Assembly (NCBI GenBank): GCA_043228905.1
Contig: JBHGNT010000004.1
Span: 17,484,001-17,548,000, forward strand
Length of the DNA stretch: 64,000 bases
Origin: Azolla caroliniana
Lineage: Eukaryota; Plantae; Polypodiophyta
Direction of reading: 5' to 3'
Part shown: piece by piece, positions 10,450-23,400 of the stretch
Layout: every line of letters begins with the position of its first letter
How positions within the stretch are numbered: position 1 is the first letter of the stretch
The notes under the pieces: model-generated
Databases searched by the model: none
What the model saw: only the letters and a program-made list of their open reading frames with translations
Told to the model about the DNA's origin: nothing
Position numbers and translations under genes: made by a program

Positions 10450-13055
10450 TCTAGATCTGATGCACTATGTCGAATTTTACTCTATAATTGGATGTAGTGC
10501 ATCAGATTCCTGTTGTAAGTCTTAGAATTTTTTAAAACATTTCCATTAAAGAAATACTCTTGCATTTTCAACTGAGATATAATGCATTGGATCAAATTCT
10601 AGCCATATAGACTAAAATATGATATACTACATTTGATTTCAGTTGAAAATCCACTTTCAAAATATATTTAAAAACAGAAAAAAATTTAAAAATGGATTTT
10701 AAACGGAAGTCCGATGCACTGCATCGGATTACAGTTGAAAGTCCACTTTTTCTTATTTGTCTCCGCATTTTCTTATTTTTTGTAATTTTTTTAAATGTTT
10801 TTTAATAAATAAATAAAATTGAAAAAATGGATTTTCAATAGAAATCCGATGAAGTGCATCGGATTTCAGTTGAAAATCCACTTTTTCTTATTTTTTGAAA
10901 TTTTTTTATTTTTCCCATAAATAAATAAATAAAAAGTGAAAAAATAGATTTTCAATGGAAATCTGATGCACTGCATCAGATTTTGGTTGAAAGTCCACTT
11001 TTTCTTATTTGTTTCCTAATTTTCTTATTTTTTAATTTTTTTGTATTTGTTTTGAATTGTTTTATTTTTCCCATAAATAAATAAATAAAAATTGAAAAAA
11101 TGGATTTTCAACGGAAATCCGATGCACTACATCAGATTTTGGTTGAAAGTCCACTTTTTCTTATTTGTTTCCGAATTTTCTTATTTTTGAAATTTTTTGT
11201 ATTTGTTTTGAATTGTTTTATTTTTCCCATAAATAAATAAATAAAAATTCAAAAAATGGATTTTCAACGGAAATTCATTGCATTACATCAGATTTGAGTT
11301 GAAAGTCCACTTTTTCTTATTTGTTTCTAAATTTTCTTATTTTTTGATTTTTTTTAAAATTAAATTTTTTTCCCATAAATAAATAAATAAAAATTTAAAA
11401 AATGGATTTTTAATGGAAATCCAATGCATTGCATCGGATTTTGGTTGAAGTCCAATTTTCCTTATTTTTTTCCGAATTTTCTTAGTTTTTGATTACTTTT
11501 TGATTATTTTTTGTATTTTATTTATTTTTCCCATAAATAAAAAAATAAAAATTGAAAAAATAGATTTTCAGCGAAAATCCAATGCACTACATCAGATTTC
11601 GAATGAAAGGCCACTTATTATTATTTATTGAATTATTTTTTGTATTTTGTTTGAATTTTTTTATTTTTCCCATAAATAATAAAATAAAATAAGAAAAAGT
11701 GGATTTTCAATGGAAATCCAATGCAGTTATGGATTTGAGTTGAAAATCCACCTTTTCTTATTTGTTTTGAAATTTTCTTTTTCTTTTTTGTTTTTTCCAT
11801 AAAAAATGTTAAAAATAAAAAAATCATGGATTTTGGCCATTTAAAATGATGTATTTTCAATGGGCTTTTCAATAGAAATCTGATCCAATGCATCGGATTT
11901 CCGTTGAAAGTTCAAGATTTTTCTTTTAATTTTTTCATTTATCATGGATTTTCAATTAAAATATGATGCAGTACATTAGATTTCCATTGAAAATACAATA
12001 TGTTTTTTATTATTTCATTTTTTTTTTGAAATACTACATAAAAAAATACATGTTTTAATTTTTATTTTTATTTTTTTAAAATTTTTGTTTATTTTTCCCA
12101 TAAATAAATAAATAAATATTGAAAAATTGGATTTTCAATGGAAATTCAATGCACTGCATCGGATTTCATATGAAAGGCCACTTTTTCTTATTTGTTTCCA
12201 AATTTTGTTCTGTTTTGAATTTCTTTTGTATTTGTTTTGATTTTTTTTAATTTTCCCATAAATAATAAAATAAAATAAGAAAAAGTGGATTTTCAATAGA
12301 AATCCAATGCAGTTATGGATTTCAATTGAATATCCACTTTTTCTTATTTGTGTTGAAATTTTCTTTTTATTTTTTCCATAAAAAAATGTTAAAAATAAAA
12401 AAAATCATGGATTTTGGCCATTTAAAATGATGTATTTTCAACGGGCTTTTCATCGGATTTCTGTTGAAAGTCCAAGATTTTTCGTTTATTTTTTTCATTT
12501 ATCATGGATATTCAATTGAAATCAAATGCAGTGCATCAGATTTCCATTGAAAATGCAATATGTTTTTTATTATTTCATTGTTTTATGAAAAAACTAAAAA
12601 GAAATTTGGATTTTCAATTGAAATCCGATGGAGTGCATCGGATTTTAGTTGGAAATCCATTTTTTAAAATATTTTTATTTATTTGTCAAGAAAAGGAAAA
12701 ACAATTTAAAAGAAAAAGGATTGTCAGCTAAAATCCGATGCACTGCATCGATGTCTAGCTGTATAGACTACAATCTGATGGAGTGCATCGGATTTCAGTT
12801 GAAAAGCCATTTATTATTAATGAATAAATAAAAATAAAAATACATTGAAAAAAGAAAAAAGAAAAAAGGATTTTTGACTTTAATCCAATGCATTGCATTG
12901 GATTCTAGGTGTATAGACTAAAATACAATGTAGTGCATCGTATTTTAGTTGAAAATCCATTTATTATTTTTTTAAAAAAGTTACAAAATTTTAAAAAATC
13001 ATGGATTTTCAACTGGAATCCAGTGCATTGCATTGGATTCCAGTTGAAAATCCAA
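10450..13055. repeat. Array of ~20 long palindromes separated by AT-rich spacers (period ~120-160 bp in the core)
   Basis: Consensus GGATTTTCAACTGAAATCCGATGCA-C-TGCATCGGATTTCAGTTGAAAATCC. Clear copies at ~10695, 10830, 10947, 11102, 11258, 11404, 11562, 12130, 12610 and 13003. Confidence 0.92.
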
Positions 13056-13173
13056 GATTTTTTATTTTTTCAAAATTTTAATGGAGTTTAGATTTGTTTT
13101 CCGACACAGGTATATAAAACTTGTCACATCAATTTAGTGTAACGTTATAGTCTATTCTTTAGTTTGATGTTAC

Positions 13174-13535
13174 ATGTGCAATTTCATTCTACTGTCATGT
13201 ACTACTACAACATGCGCCTTAAAGATGTTCAAGAACTCTGTTGCATTAGAGAAGGACCTTGAGAAGGTTATTTTCATCAAAATGAGGATCCAAGGTATTT
13301 GGGAGTGTCTTGATCAAGACCAAGAAGTTGGGGCAAAGCATATCAAAACTGAGATGTTCGAGATGACTTCTAGAGAACCTATGGAACCTATAGATGAAGA
13401 TGCAGGGGACCTTGTTGAATTAGAAGACGTGTTAGAGTCTGAACATATTAACAATTCAACTTAGCATACTTACGAAGCCAATGAGGACAATCCTGATGAA
13501 AGATCTAAACTTGAAGAGACGGCTTTACCATACTT
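13174..13535 (+). pseudogene. Possible decayed acidic ORF diverging from the palindrome array
   Basis: ORF 13174-13464 (EPMEPIDEDAGDLVELEDVLESE) continues past one stop as HTYEANEDNPDERSKLEE. No family recognised. Confidence 0.28.
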
Positions 13536-15004
13536 ATTATTCGATTGAATGGATATGGCTTATTGTAAAATTTGAACAATATGAATTGTTAAATTTTGAC
13601 GTAATATATAAGTTGAGCTTATTTATAATTTTTGTGTAACACTCATTGAACTTAGAGATTAAGTATAATTTGTATGTGTACATGTTGTCTAAACTCTCCT
13701 TTATCGTTTGGGGTATATGGGAGATAAAATTATACTCTATCATTTACTCGTATGATTGGAATGTTATTGTAGACTAGTTTATTTATACATTGACGGTGTC
13801 ATGTATCATGTGTCAATGGAAATTTTCTCTTGACATAGTAGTATCTCTTAATTGCAAGGTTCACAATTTGCTTTAAGATATATTATATATAAATATACAC
13901 ACATAATTAGAAGAAGTCACTTATTCAGTGGGGTATGCGTTTTAGAATATGCACAAGGACTCGTGTTACTATTATACTTGCATTGATGAATATACCCTTG
14001 TCAAAGATTTGAATAAAAACATGGTAGATAGAATATAAGTCGGATGATTTTGTTGATGTGATATTAGTTAGTTCTATTTTTTGCTATGTTTTCATAAACC
14101 ACATACGTATGCGTCATGCCTTTTTGAAATTCTGCTTAAATAAGGCATTTTGTAACATCTCACTAAGATATGAAAAAGAAAATGTGACATATTACCTTTT
14201 TCAAATGACCCGGATTTATACAAAAATGGGTGGAGTCGACCTTTTTATGCCAACAAACTCCCCCATAAAAGTATTACTCTACTTCTACATACAACTTCAT
14301 GGGGTTATCTCACCGTAAGTCAAAATACAATTTGAATTTAACCACGTTGTATATAATACAAGTCGATCAGGTAATGGCCAAATTGGTAGAGGTTTCGTCG
14401 GTCTTTAGTTGAATTTGGCTAGTGTCTGAATCAAATAGTGTCTGATTCAGCTTTTAGCCTCTAGGCCATTGGGTTTTCTTCCACGCTAGATCGTGTGCTC
14501 CCCGATGGATCGTTGATCGGTTTTCGGCTTCGTTTGCCCTTCGATCATCTCCTGTTCTTTCGGTTTCCTCGCACTCAGTTGCGTTTGTAACCTTTCGGCT
14601 ATCCGACTCCTTTGATTTAACTGTTTCTGCTTTTCTGGCCGCGCAGATCTTTGACTTACCTTCTGCTCCTTGTCGTTTGGCTCCTCATCACTTGCTTGCT
14701 TGCTATCCCATAAGTCCTCTTAGTGTGCATTGGTTTGGGAGTGGCTTCGTCAGGCTATCAATGATGTTCACCTCGGTATCCACTTTCAGGACGTCGAGCT
14801 TCTTGTCGGTGACGAGCTCCCAGATATGGTTGTACGTCACCTCGATATGATTTTTCTTCACATGGTATACTAGATTTTTGGATGAGGTGTATTGCGCTCT
14901 AAGAGTCGCAATACGGGGTCGGTGCTAGATGGTCAATTAAGCTATTAGCTGAATAGTGGGCTGAGAATCGGTGCAACCAAATGGCTTCCTTGGTTGCTTC
15001 CAAT

Positions 15005-15627
15005 TGTAAGGAAACAAGTCCCTCCGGATGGGAAGTGAGAAGAACAGTGTTGATGAGCAAACTCGGCCGAGGCCGAAAGGCCAAGGCCGAATCTGGATGC
15101 AGGAGTACCCGGCAACGGAAGACCCGGTGAGAACCGGATGACAAGTACCCGGCAAGAGCCGGATGGTGAAGGCCCGGTGAGAGTGAGAAGTGCTCACCGG
15201 ATATGTTTTTTGAGAGTCCATCGGGGCTATATTTGTAAATAGCCGAAAAGTCATATTAGTATAAATATGACTTAGGGCAAACTTAGTAGTATAGTAGTTG
15301 TCATTCTTGTTGGTGCAAGGTTTGAGTGCGTAACTATGTACAGAGAGTGAGAGAGGAAGAGGTCGTTGCCTCTGTTGTAACCGCCGCTTGTGGCGAAGAT
15401 AACAAGCTCGAGGTTGTTGCCTCGGCGCTCTACTATTGTACATTGTGATATAGTGATAGTTTGCAGTTTGTGGGCTGCCGTGGTTTTTCCCTAGTTTGGG
15501 TTTTCCACGTAAACATCCTGTGTACTCCTCTCTTCACTGTGTCGTGCGTACATTACTCGTTTTCTGTGTTTGATCCTAGACTCGGTTGTGGCCGAGTGTT
15601 GTGCTTACGGAGCGTGTATTTCGGACA
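15005..15627 (+). repeat. 5' LTR of element C
   Basis: TGTAAGG...GGACA; about 96% identical to 19805-20441 by eye. Confidence 0.95.
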
Positions 15628-15658
15628 AAGTGGTATCAGAGTGAAACGACACAGAAAA

Positions 15659-18600
15659 ATGGACGATTCGTTGGGAGGCATGTTCAAGCTCACCGGCTCC
15701 AACTATTTGGTGTGGAAGTCGAAGATGATGGACATGCTCGTGGTTAAAGATCTTTGGTTGCCGGTTCAGTTCGGGGACAAGAGACCGGACAAAATCAACG
15801 CCACGATATGGGAGGTGATGCACATGAAGACAACGGCTTACATACGGTGCTTCATTGACATGAGTCTATACAACAACTTCAATGAAGAGAGCAAGGCTCA
15901 TGAGCTCTGGGAGAAGATCGGCATTATGTTTCAAAACAAAAATGTTGTTAATCAGGTTTCGGTATTTCGGAAGCTAGTAAGACTCCGGTACCAAGATGGC
16001 TCTAGCATGGCGGAGCACATGAATGCCTTCCAGGGGCTGATCCACCAGGCAACATCATTGGAAGTACCTCTCGCCGATGAGGTACTAGCGCTACTCCCGC
16101 TCGGTTCCCTCCCGGATAGCTGGGAGACGTTGGTTGTCACTTTGGGCAACGCCGGGCCGGAAGGGAAACGGTTATCCCTAGCAAGAGTGAAGTTGAGCTT
16201 GCTAGATGAGGAGGCGCGTCGGAAAGATAAGGATACGAGCTCCGACTCCAAAGCGCTCCTTACCGAATCGGAACGCGGAAGACAAAGGAACCATAGCCCC
16301 CAAAACCGGGAAAAGTCGGGGACACGGTCAAAGTCAAGGGGGAGGCCTACTTGCATCTATTGCGACAAGCCGGGACACTTCCAGAAAAATTGTCGGCACT
16401 TCCGAAAAGACAAGGAAACCGATGACACCGATTCGAAGCGGACACCGGACTGGAACGGTAAAGACCAGTAGGGAACGACGGCAATCGCGGCAAGTGAAGA
16501 AGAGTTGATGCTCATCACCGAGGAGAGTGAGCTAAACCTTGCCGGCGACGAGATGACCTGGGTGGTCGACTCCGGAGCGTCGTTCCACCTTACCCCGGAC
16601 CGGAAATGCTTCTCATCCTACTCAGTCAGTGATCACGGCTATGTCCGGATGGGGAATGAAGGTACATGCCGGATTGTCGGCATAGGAGACGTGTGGTTGA
16701 CAACACCAACCGGATGCAAGCTGCTGCTGAAGGATGTCAGACACGTTCCGGAGGTTCGTATGAACCTGATATCAGTCGGTCGAATGAAGGTACATGCTAG
16801 ATTGTCGGCATAGGAGACTTGTGGTTGACAACACCAACCGGATGCAAGCTGCTGCTGAAGGATGTCTGACACGTTCCGGAGGTTCGTCTGAACCTGATAT
16901 CAGTCGGTCGGCTAGATGATGAAGGCTACATGGGTAGCATTCGGAATGGTGTTATGAAGTTCAGCAAAGGGAGCCTGATTGTGGCTCGGGCCCGGAAGGT
17001 CAACACGTTGTACCTGATGAATGCCCGGTTATGCCCGGAAGAAGTGAACGTGGCATCCGACACTGCCGGTGAGCTCTGGCACAAGAGATTGTGTCACATG
17101 AATGAGAAGGGGATGAAGAGGCTTGCAGACGACAACCTCATTCCAGTGAAGAACATGCACTTGGAGAAGTGCACTGATTGTCTGGCCGGTAAACAAAACC
17201 GAACCTCCTTCCGATCGAGGCCACCGATGAGACGTAATGCACCACTGGAGTTGGTGCATACTGATGTATGTCAAGTGGACACGAAATCACATGCCGGATC
17301 GCAGTACTTCGTAACGTTCATAGATGACCACAACTGAAAGCTGTGGGCCACACCGTTGAAGACGAAGAATCGGGTGCTATCCGTCTTCAAAGAGCTCCAC
17401 ACGAGAGTGGAAAGAGAAACCGGCCGGAAGTTGAAGGCGGTTCGAGCAGATAACGGAGGTGAATACCGGGGGCAGTTCGAGGAGTACTGTCGCTCGAAGG
17501 GAATCCGACTCAAATTTACCATGCCGAAGACACCGGAACTAAACGGACTGGCCGAGAGGATGAACCGGACCATAATGGAGAGGGTCCAGAGTATGCTAGC
17601 TCATGCAAAATTACCCAAGACGTTTTGGGTTGAGGCGTTGTCGACAACGACGTATGTGATAAACAGATCACCCTCAGTGCCTTTGGATGGAGACACACCA
17701 CAGAAGGTGTGGACCAATCAGGAAGTGTCCTACCGGCATCTAAAGGTGTTCGGGTGTCTCGCGTACGTGCATGTTGCTAAGGACCGGAGAGGAAAGTTGG
17801 ATTCAAAGACCCGGCCATGCATATTCCTCAGATACGGCGACGATGAGTTTGGCTACTGAGTGTGGGATCCGGTTGACAAGAAGGCCTTTCGGAGTCGAGA
17901 TATTACCTTCATGGAGGACAAGACTCTTGCCGACTGGGAGTCGAAGAAGAAGATAATGAACTCCGATGAGATTTGGACACACCTGCCTAAGAGCTGGTTG
18001 ACACTCGAGGAACCAGCCGGTTACGGTGAGAATATCGAACCGGCAGAAGAAGAAGTAGAGGAAATTGAAATCGGAACCGGCCAAGACCCCGAATCGGATT
18101 CGGATGAAGAACAAATAGTGGAGCCAGTTGCCGAAGGCCAAAGACGGAGATATCCTCTCAGAGAGAGAAGGCCCCCCTGGAGATTTCTGGATGCAGAGCA
18201 TGTGCTGCTGACCGATGAGGGAGAGCCAGAAAGTTTCGAAGAAGCTAAAAGTGACGCCCATAGCCGCAAATGGTTAAGTGCCATGCAGGATGAGATGGAT
18301 TCCCTACATGAGAACCATACGTACGAATTGGTGGAGTTGCCGAAAGAAAAGCGGGCACTCCGAAATAAGTGGGTGTACAAGTTGAAACCAAGAGATGCCG
18401 GCAACCCCCCGAGATACAAAGCCAGGATCATGGTGAAGGGGTTCCAGTAGAAGAAGGGCGTGGACTTCGACGAGATATTTTCCCCGGTAGTAAAGATGAT
18501 CTCTATCCGGACGGTGCTGAGTATAGCGGCAGGCATGGACCTCGAGGTAGAGCAACTAGACGTGAAGACGACATTCCTTCACGGTGACCTCGAAGAGGAG

Positions 18601-19794
18601 ATCTACATGCAGCATCCGGAAGGATTCGTGGAGAAAGGGAAGGAGCACCTGGTTTGCCGGTTGAAGAAGAGCCTATACGGACTGAAGTAGGCTCCCCGAC
18701 AATGGTATCGGAAGTTCGACTCCTTCATGACCGATCAAGGGTACCACAAGACGCAAGCCGATCACTACGTGTTTGTGAAGAAGTTCGAAGGAGGCGACTT
18801 CCTGATACTCCTTCTGTACGTGGACGACATGTTGATCGTCGGATGGGACCAAGCCAAAATACGGATGCTGAAGAAGGCTCTCAATCGAACCTTCACAATG
18901 AAAGACTTGGGCCCGGCAAGACAGATACTGGGGATGGACATCATCCGGGACCGGTCAAAGAAGCAATTGTGGTTGTCACAGGAGAAATACGTGACAAAGG
19001 TGCTTCAGCGGTTCAACATGTTAGAAGCAAAACCGGTCGGATCGACACTCCCGGCAAACTGCAGACTATCCGTTAAGCAAAGCCCGAAGACGAAAGCAGA
19101 GAAGGCCGATATGATGAAGGTTCCATATGCCTCTGCTGTCGGGAGCTTGATGTACGCAATGGTGTGTACTCGGCCGGATATTGGATACGCAGTCAGAGTG
19201 GTGAGCCGGTTTATGAGCAATCCCGGCAAGGAGCACTAGAACGCGGTCAAATGGATACTCCGGTACTTGAAGGGCACTTCAGATATGTGTCTCCGATTCG
19301 GCTCCGGTAAACCTCAACTTGACGGTTTTACCGATTCGGACATGTCGGCTTATGTGGATACCATCCGGTCTACATCCGGGTATGTAATGACATATGCAAG
19401 GGGAGCTGTTTCGTGGCAGTCGAGGCTGCAAAAGACGGTTGCATTGTTAACCACAGAGGCGGAGTACATGGCGGCTGTGGAAGCCGGCAAGGAAATATTA
19501 TGGATGAAGGACTTCATTGGAGAGATCGGTATCCGGCAAGATGAATACCGGCTCTATTGCAATAGTCAAAGTGCCATCCACCTTGCTAAGAACGCATCGT
19601 ACCATTCCAGGACGAAGCACATCCAGCGTAGGTATCACTGGATCCGGGAGTGAGTAGAAGATCGAGAGCTTGCGCTAATGAAGATCCACACGGCCAAGAA
19701 TGGGTCAGATATGCTAACCAAAGTACTGATACCCGACAAGCTGGATGCATGTCGGAAGCGGATCAGACTAGTAAGACATCCCATGCCGGAGTGA
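15659..19794 (+). pseudogene. Disrupted copia gag-pol of element C
   Basis: Starts MDDSLGGMFKLTGSNYLVWKSKM; Gag-PR-INT-RT-RH order. Several TAG/TGA stops and a frameshifting 128-bp tandem duplication (16655-16782/16783-16910). Confidence 0.95.
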
Positions 19795-19804
19795 AGGGGG
19801 AGTT

Positions 19805-20441
19805 TGTTAGGAAACAGGTCCCTCCGGATGGGAAGTGAGAAGAATAGTGTTGATGAGCAAACTCGGCCGAGGCCGATAGGCCAAGGCTGAATCCGGATGC
19901 AGGAGTACTCGGCAACGGAAGACCCGGTGAGAACCGGATGACGAGTACCCGGCAAGAGCCAGATTGTGAAGGCCCGGTGAGAACTGCTCACCGGATGAAG
20001 GGACATATTTGTAAATATGTTTTCTGAGAGTCCATCGGGGCTATATTTGTAAATAGCCGAAAATTCATATTAGTATAAATATGACTTAGGGCAAACTTAG
20101 TAGTATAGTAGTTGTCATTCTTGTTGGTGCAAGGTTTGAGTGCGTAACTATGTACAGAGAGTGAGAGAGGAAGAGGTCGTTGCCTCTGTTGTAACCGCCG
20201 CTTGTGGTGAAGATAGCAAGCTCGAGGTTGTTGCCTCGGCGCTCTACTATTGTACATTGTGATATAGTGATAGTTTGCAGTTTGTGGGCTGCCGTGGTTT
20301 TTCCCTAGTTTGGGTTTTCCACGTAAACATCTTGTGTACTCCTCTCTTCATTGTGTCGTGCGTACATTACCCGTTTTCTATGTTTGATCCTAGACTCGGT
20401 TGTGGCCGAGCGTTGTGCTTACGGAGCGTGTATTTCTGTCA
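19805..20441 (+). repeat. 3' LTR of element C
   Basis: TGTTAGG...CTGTCA after the PPT, followed by TSD CCAAT. Confidence 0.95.
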
Positions 20442-23400
20442 CCAATGAGGCTATGTACTTGGCCTCTATGGTCGAGAGTGTCGTGTCATCTTGCAACTTT
20501 GATCTCCATGATATGGCATTGCCATTGTAGGTGAAGATATAGCATGCAGTCGACTTCCAATTGTTGGGATTGCCGGCATAATCAGAGTCAGTGAAGTCTT
20601 TGACTTCGGTTGAATGATTTGAGCCGAAAGTCAACTGCATATTTTTGGCTCCCCAAAGGTAGTGAAATATGTACTTTACTGCTTCCTAGTGCTTCCGTCC
20701 AAGTTTGGACATGTAGTGATTGGTGACCCTTATGGCATACACAGGATTTGGTCTGGTCGCCATCATGGCATACATAAGACTTCCTACAGCTCATGCGTAG
20801 GCAATTCGGCTCATGAGCTTTCTCTCCTCTTCTATGGATGGAGAGTCTCTGTTTGATAGTCAATGTGGTGTCGAAAGCGGTGTCAGTGCCGATTTCATAT
20901 TCTCCATGTTGACGCGCCTCAGCACCTTCCAGATATAGTCGGATTGGGAGAACCGAAGGATCACCTTCATCCGATTTCACTCTATCTGCATGCCCAAAAT
21001 GTGTAGAGCTTCTTCAAGTTCCTTCATCGAAAATTTCTCATGAAGGCTCTACTTTAGCTTTCTGATCTCTGCTCCGTCGCTGCCAGTGATGAGCATGACA
21101 TCAACGTAAAGGATCCGATTAATCTGGGACTCATCGGCCAGTTGTTGGATGTACATGCATGGGTCGGAGTTCAATTGGCTATATCCAAGTTGTCGGATGC
21201 AAGTATCAATTTTTTGATACCACATTCTTGGCACTTGCTTTAGGCCATAAAGGCTCTTCTTTAGCTGGCATACGAGGTGACCTTGCTCCCCCGTCGCCAT
21301 AAAGCCTGTCGGTTGAGACATATATATCTTCTTCCAGATCTCCGTGAAGAAAATCCATCTTTACGTCCATCTACTCGAGCTCTAGGTCTTCTGTTGCCAC
21401 AACTCCAAGTAGGATTTGGAGGGTCATCATCCTGACTACTGGAGAGAATGTCTCGTCATAGTCGACACCATGTTCTTGTTTAAATCCCTTTGCAAGGAGC
21501 CGAGCTTTGTATTTTTATCCGAACCAGATACACATTTGTATTGGTAGACCCACTTGCAGGGTAGCAGCTTCCTTCCGGTTGGTGGTTCGACCAACTCCCA
21601 TGTATCATTTTCTTTGATTGAGTCCATCTTGGATCTCATGGCTTGTAGCCATGTGTCAGTGTCTAGCGAAGCTATAGCTTCTTCATAAGAGCTTGATTCG
21701 CCTGCATTCGTATAGTTGACATAGTCCAAGCCTAGTGTCTAGAATTCGGTCGGCCTTCGGACTCATCCAAATATCCATGGCACCAATTTGGTTGGTTCAA
21801 AATTTTCAATTTGCTCGTGTGGTCGATCGGCCTTGTTAGAACCATCATTGTAAGGAGATCATTGGGGGGATCCGCTATGACAATTCTCTTGTATCAATGT
21901 TAGATCAACGTTTTCCTCAAGAGTTGACCAATGATTGGATGCCTTGGCTGGTTTGGGTTGGGTTGGCCAATTGGCATCCTAGCCAATTCGACTTTGATAA
22001 GTTTTTTGGTCGATTTGGAGTCGACTATTGGACCTTTTGCCAATCTGGGTTTGGTTGGGGGGTTACTGACTTATTCGTTTTCAGCATTTCGTCTGATAAC
22101 CGATTCGTATTCGGCAATCGGCAATCGGCAATCAGTGTGTTCCATTTTGATTCTTTGTCCGAAAGATCAAAGGAGACCTATTTTCCAATTTTTGGTTGGA
22201 ACCGGCTGTAGAGAATTGAGTCTTGATTGAAGACTACATTGTTGCTCCGAATCAATTTCTGGTTCTCCAGATCCCATGTCTAGTATCTGAATTCCCCATC
22301 AGTTCCATAATTGAGAAAGATACACATTGTCGAATGGGGCGCCAACTTGGTCCTTTTCTTCCTCGGAATGAAGGCAAAGGCTTCACATCCGAATGTACGA
22401 AGCCGATCATAGGTCGGTTGATTTCCCGACCAAAGTGCTTGTGGCACTTGGAGCCGTATTGCTCGTGACAACGACATATTTATCAAATATAATGTTGTTT
22501 GCAATGCCTCGACCTAGAACTCCAACTTTAGTCCAGCCTGCTCGAGCATTGTCATCGCCCTCTCTAGAATGGTTTGGTTCACCGTTCTACTACACCATTT
22601 TGCATCGAGGTGTAGGGAAGGGTTTGTACATGTATGTTTTGAAGGCTTTGTAGGTGTATTCTCCCCCATTGTCCGACCTTAGTGTTTTCACTTTATGGCC
22701 AGATCAGTTTTCGACTTCGGCAAGCCACTACGCGAAAACCTTGAGCACTTTGTCCTTGGACTTAATGAGTAAGCCTAGACCTTTTGTGTACATTATCAAC
22801 GAATGTGATGAAGTACCGGGAGCCTCCTAGTGATCGTTCATGCATTGGCCCACATATATCGGTGTGTATGTACCATTTCTAGGCGTTGTCGTATCGTCTC
22901 GTAATGGAGAGAGTGCAAACTTCGAGTCTGTTTCCTATACTAACAATGCTAGCAAAAGTCCATCTTCGTTTGGAGCTTTGGAATGTAACCGATTTTCGTT
23001 AGCCGGTCCAATAAAACTTGAGATATATGACAAAGTCAGCCATGCCATAGTGTAGCATTCGACAATTCGGTTACGTTGATTGTGCCCTCCAGACTAATCA
23101 TGTTCAGTGGGTACAAGTTGTTGTACTTGCTGTTGCAGTAGATTTTCATATTTCCTTTCCTATCAGCCATGAAGACTCACTGAGCATCGTCTTGTACTTG
23201 GTTTTGGCTAACATGTCAATGGAGACCAAACCCTTCTTGAGCTCGGGTACGTTCCAGACACATTGCAGGATGATCATATTGTTGTTCGGCAATTGAATTG
23301 GGACCTGTCTAATCCTTGCAATTGTGCACTCCTACCCATTACCAAGTCGGATTGTGCCACTAACTCTGGCTGAATAGTTTGAAAACCATTCGATGTTGGG

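Larger units (their letters stand above)
15005..20441 (+). mobile_element. Complete Ty1/copia element C with both LTRs and TSD
   Basis: TSD CCAAT at 15000-15004 and 20442-20446. 5' LTR 15005-15627, PBS TGGTATCAGAG 15631-15641, PPT GAAGGGGGAG 19793-19802, 3' LTR 19805-20441. Confidence 0.97.

Noticed and set aside
10450-13055. CRISPR-like appearance of palindromic repeats with spacers
   Set aside because: Spacers are homologous AT-rich tracts rather than unique sequences, the repeats are degenerate, there are no cas genes, and the context is eukaryotic with spliceosomal introns.
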